Assembly (NCBI RefSeq): GCF_009914755.1
Contig: NC_060944.1
Length of the DNA: 64,000 nt
Origin: the human T2T-CHM13v2.0 reference genome, Homo sapiens
Direction: 5' to 3' (one strand)
Shown: one piece after another, positions 61,501 through 64,000 of the stretch
How the letters are laid out: each line of letters begins with the position of its first letter
How positions within the stretch are numbered: the stretch's first letter is position 1
Made by a program: the position numbers and the translations under genes
The notes under the pieces: model-generated
What the model was told of the DNA's origin: nothing
Databases searched by the model: none
What the model saw: the letters and a program-made list of their open reading frames with translations, nothing else

Positions 61501-62237
61501 TGTGCTGTTTAATTTCCACATACTGTGATTTTTTTTCAGTTTTCCTTCTGTTATTGTTTTTTAGTTTTATTCCGTGGTGGTTGGGAAAGATACTTAATTC
61601 TGTTATTATTTTTTAGTTTTATTCTATTGTGGTAAGGAAAGATACTTCAATTTGTCAAGACTTGTTTTGTTACCTAACACATGATCTATCCTATGTGCAC
61701 TTAATAAGAAAGTGTATTCTGCTGCTATTGACTGTATTTGTCCGTTAAGTTTAATTGGTCTTCAGTGTTGTTCAAGCACTCTGTTTTCTTTCTTATATAA
61801 TCTTTGGATGTCCTATCCATTATTGAAAGTGGGGTATTGAAATCTCCTACTATTATTGTGTTGCTTTCTCTTTCTCTCTTCAATTCTATCAATCAATGTT
61901 TACTTCATATATTTGGTTGCTCTGGTATGGGATACATATATATTATAATTGCTATATCTTACTAGTTAATTCATCTTTTTTTCATTATAGTGTCCTTCTT
62001 TGTCTCTCATGATAGTTTTTGACTTAAAGCCTATTTAATCTGATATAAGTATTGCCACCCCTACTCTTCTTTTGACTGCTGTTTCTATGGGTTATCTTTT
62101 TCCATTTTTTCACTCTCAGCCTATGTGTGTCCTTAAATCTAAAGTGAGTCTCTTGTAGACAGCATATCGTTGGACCTGGTTTTTAATTTATCTTTTGATA
62201 GGGCAGTTTAAGCTATCTCCATTTAAAGTAATTACTG

Positions 62238-62540
62238 CACCAGGCATAGTGGCTCATACCTGTAATCCTAGCACTTTGGGAGGCTGAGGCGAGTGGATCA
62301 CTTGAGGTCCCAACATGGCAAAACCTTGTCTCTACTAAAAATACAAAAAAAAAAAAAAATTAGTCGAGCACGGTGGTGCACACCTATAGTCTCAGCTGCT
62401 CAGAAGGCTGAGGCAGGAGAATTGCTTGAACCCAGGAGGCAGAGGTTAGCTGAGATCACACCACTGTGCACAAGCCTGGGTGACAGAGTGAGCCTCTGTT
62501 TAAAAAATAATAATAAATAAATAATAAAAATAAATAAATA
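62238..62540 (+). mobile_element. AluS with a ~20-bp deletion in the left arm
   Basis: cacttgaggtc|ccaacatgg lacks aggagttcgagaccagcctgg; (AAT/AAAT)n tail. Confidence 0.9.
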
Positions 62541-62969
62541 TTGATAGGAAATGATTACTTTTATCATTTTATTGTTTTCTGTATTTCTTGTAGCTCTTTT
62601 GTCCTTATCTTTTTCTCTTGCTGTCGTATTTGTGATTTAAAAAATTCTTTAGGGTCATATTTTGATTCCTTCCTCATTTTCTTTTGTGTGTCTCTTATAG
62701 GTATTTCTTTTCTGGTTGCTGTGGGGCTTATATAACACATTTTATAGTTATGATCATCTATTTTAAGATGATAACAACTTGACTTCAATCACATACAAAA
62801 GCTGAACTATTCCACCAGACTCCTTTATGTTATCATTGTAACAAATTTCATCTTTTTATTATGTATCCATTAACATAATTTTATAGTTTTTATACTTTTA
62901 TCTTTTTACTTCTATATCAAAATTAAAAGCTGTTTATACAATATTCGTAACATTACATGTAATGTAATG

Positions 62970-63157
62970 TTATAGTACTATAATATGTATTTGTGTGTTT
63001 GTATATATGTATATATACTATAATATATATTTGTATGTGTGTGTATATATATATAGTACTATAATATGTACTCGTGTGTGTGTGTATATATATATACACT
63101 ATAATATGTGTGTGTGTATATATATCTAGATATACACACACACACACACACACACAC
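62970..63157. repeat. Degenerate ~40-bp TA/TG tandem repeat plus (CA)n
   Basis: The anchor 'actataatat' recurs four times. Confidence 0.85.
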
Positions 63158-63499
63158 CTTTTCCAGTAAATTATATATTTTCATTTGCTTTCATGTTACT
63201 ATCTGGTGTCCTTTCATTTCAACTTGAAGAACTTCCTTTAGCATTTCTTATAAGGCAGATTTCTTTGTAAGAGGACTATTATGTCTTGCCTTGGTTTTCT
63301 CATTTGCAAAATAGAATGATAGTGGAAATAAATACATCTTTGAAAAGTTTTATGTGACTTGTAAATATCTCTGCAAAATTTAGTTATCATAAGTATTACT
63401 TTACTTTATTACTAAATTACTAAATTATTACTATACTTTAGCATGTGTATTGAGGAAGTTTCCATTATCACATTATGAATTAGTGTAGATTGCAAGGCT

Positions 63500-63540
63500 T
63501 GTGTGTGTTGTGTATGTGTGTGTGTTGTGTGTGTGTGTGC
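63500..63540. repeat. Imperfect (TG)n
   Basis: Read directly; similar tracts occur at ~45406-45452 and ~57706-57734. Confidence 0.85.
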
Positions 63541-64000
63541 ACATGCCCACTAGGTGTAGTTCTGAGGTAGAGACAGAGACCGTTGCTTTAAAATTTGATT
63601 GTCCTTTGACCCATAAAATTATGACCCTGGCTGCTCTGGGAATGGTCATTTGCTTCTCCTGAGCGGGGGTGTTCAGTTGCTGATTTCCTAAACCAATTTC
63701 CTAAATGGGTAATTGTGTTCTGACTCATACAATTCCCCCTACATTTCCTGACTATTTCAGGTGACTATCTCTTCCTCTTTGCCCTTAATGGATAGGTAAT
63801 GAAGTCACATGTTTCAAAGTCATTGCTGTGTTTCAGGCTGGGGTGGACTACTCTTACATAATGTCTCACTAGAGAGTCAGAATAAAGTTGGCACACGTGC
63901 TCTACCTCCACCTCAATTTTTAACCATGTTGAAAAGAAAGAAGTCTTAAAATGAGAGGTGGCTTTCAGGGGCTAAAGAGCCTCTGGTTGAAAGTGTTTAG

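Larger units (their letters stand above)
57753..63265 (-). mobile_element. L1MA/MB-type element, ~5.5 kb (degenerate ORF2 and 3'UTR)
   Basis: ORF-track fragments match L1 ORF2 (FKEELMQILLNLFKKTEEEGTLPNSF...YWPISLMN; KMIYRFNVISIKIP; KIIRRKEIIKIR). Confidence 0.9.

Overview
This is primate (most likely human) genomic DNA lying inside DOK5 (docking protein 5), transcribed on the + strand. The only coding sequence I can support is one 108-nt internal exon at 33291-33398. It encodes [36 protein letters not shown], part of the N-terminal PH domain (exon 2). The rest is intron 1 (upstream) and intron 2 (downstream). The introns hold about 26 Alu copies, L1, L2 and MIR fragments, ERV1 and MaLR solo LTRs, and DNA-transposon fossils (MER30, three MER20, MER58A, MER1B, MER6B, MER44A). 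Repeat families were recognised from memory of consensus sequences, so subfamily names and old-repeat boundaries are approximate. The sequence does not demonstrate a new biological system. The most notable observations are: (1) a five-level nested transposon stack built around an L1 that lacks most of ORF2; (2) a twin-primed, 5'-inverted L1PA; (3) a perfect 22-bp inverted repeat that looks like a templated insertion; (4) closely spaced inverted Alu pairs, one about 1 kb from the exon; and (5) several candidate cryptic or poison exons, one next to a long UG tract and a G-quadruplex motif.
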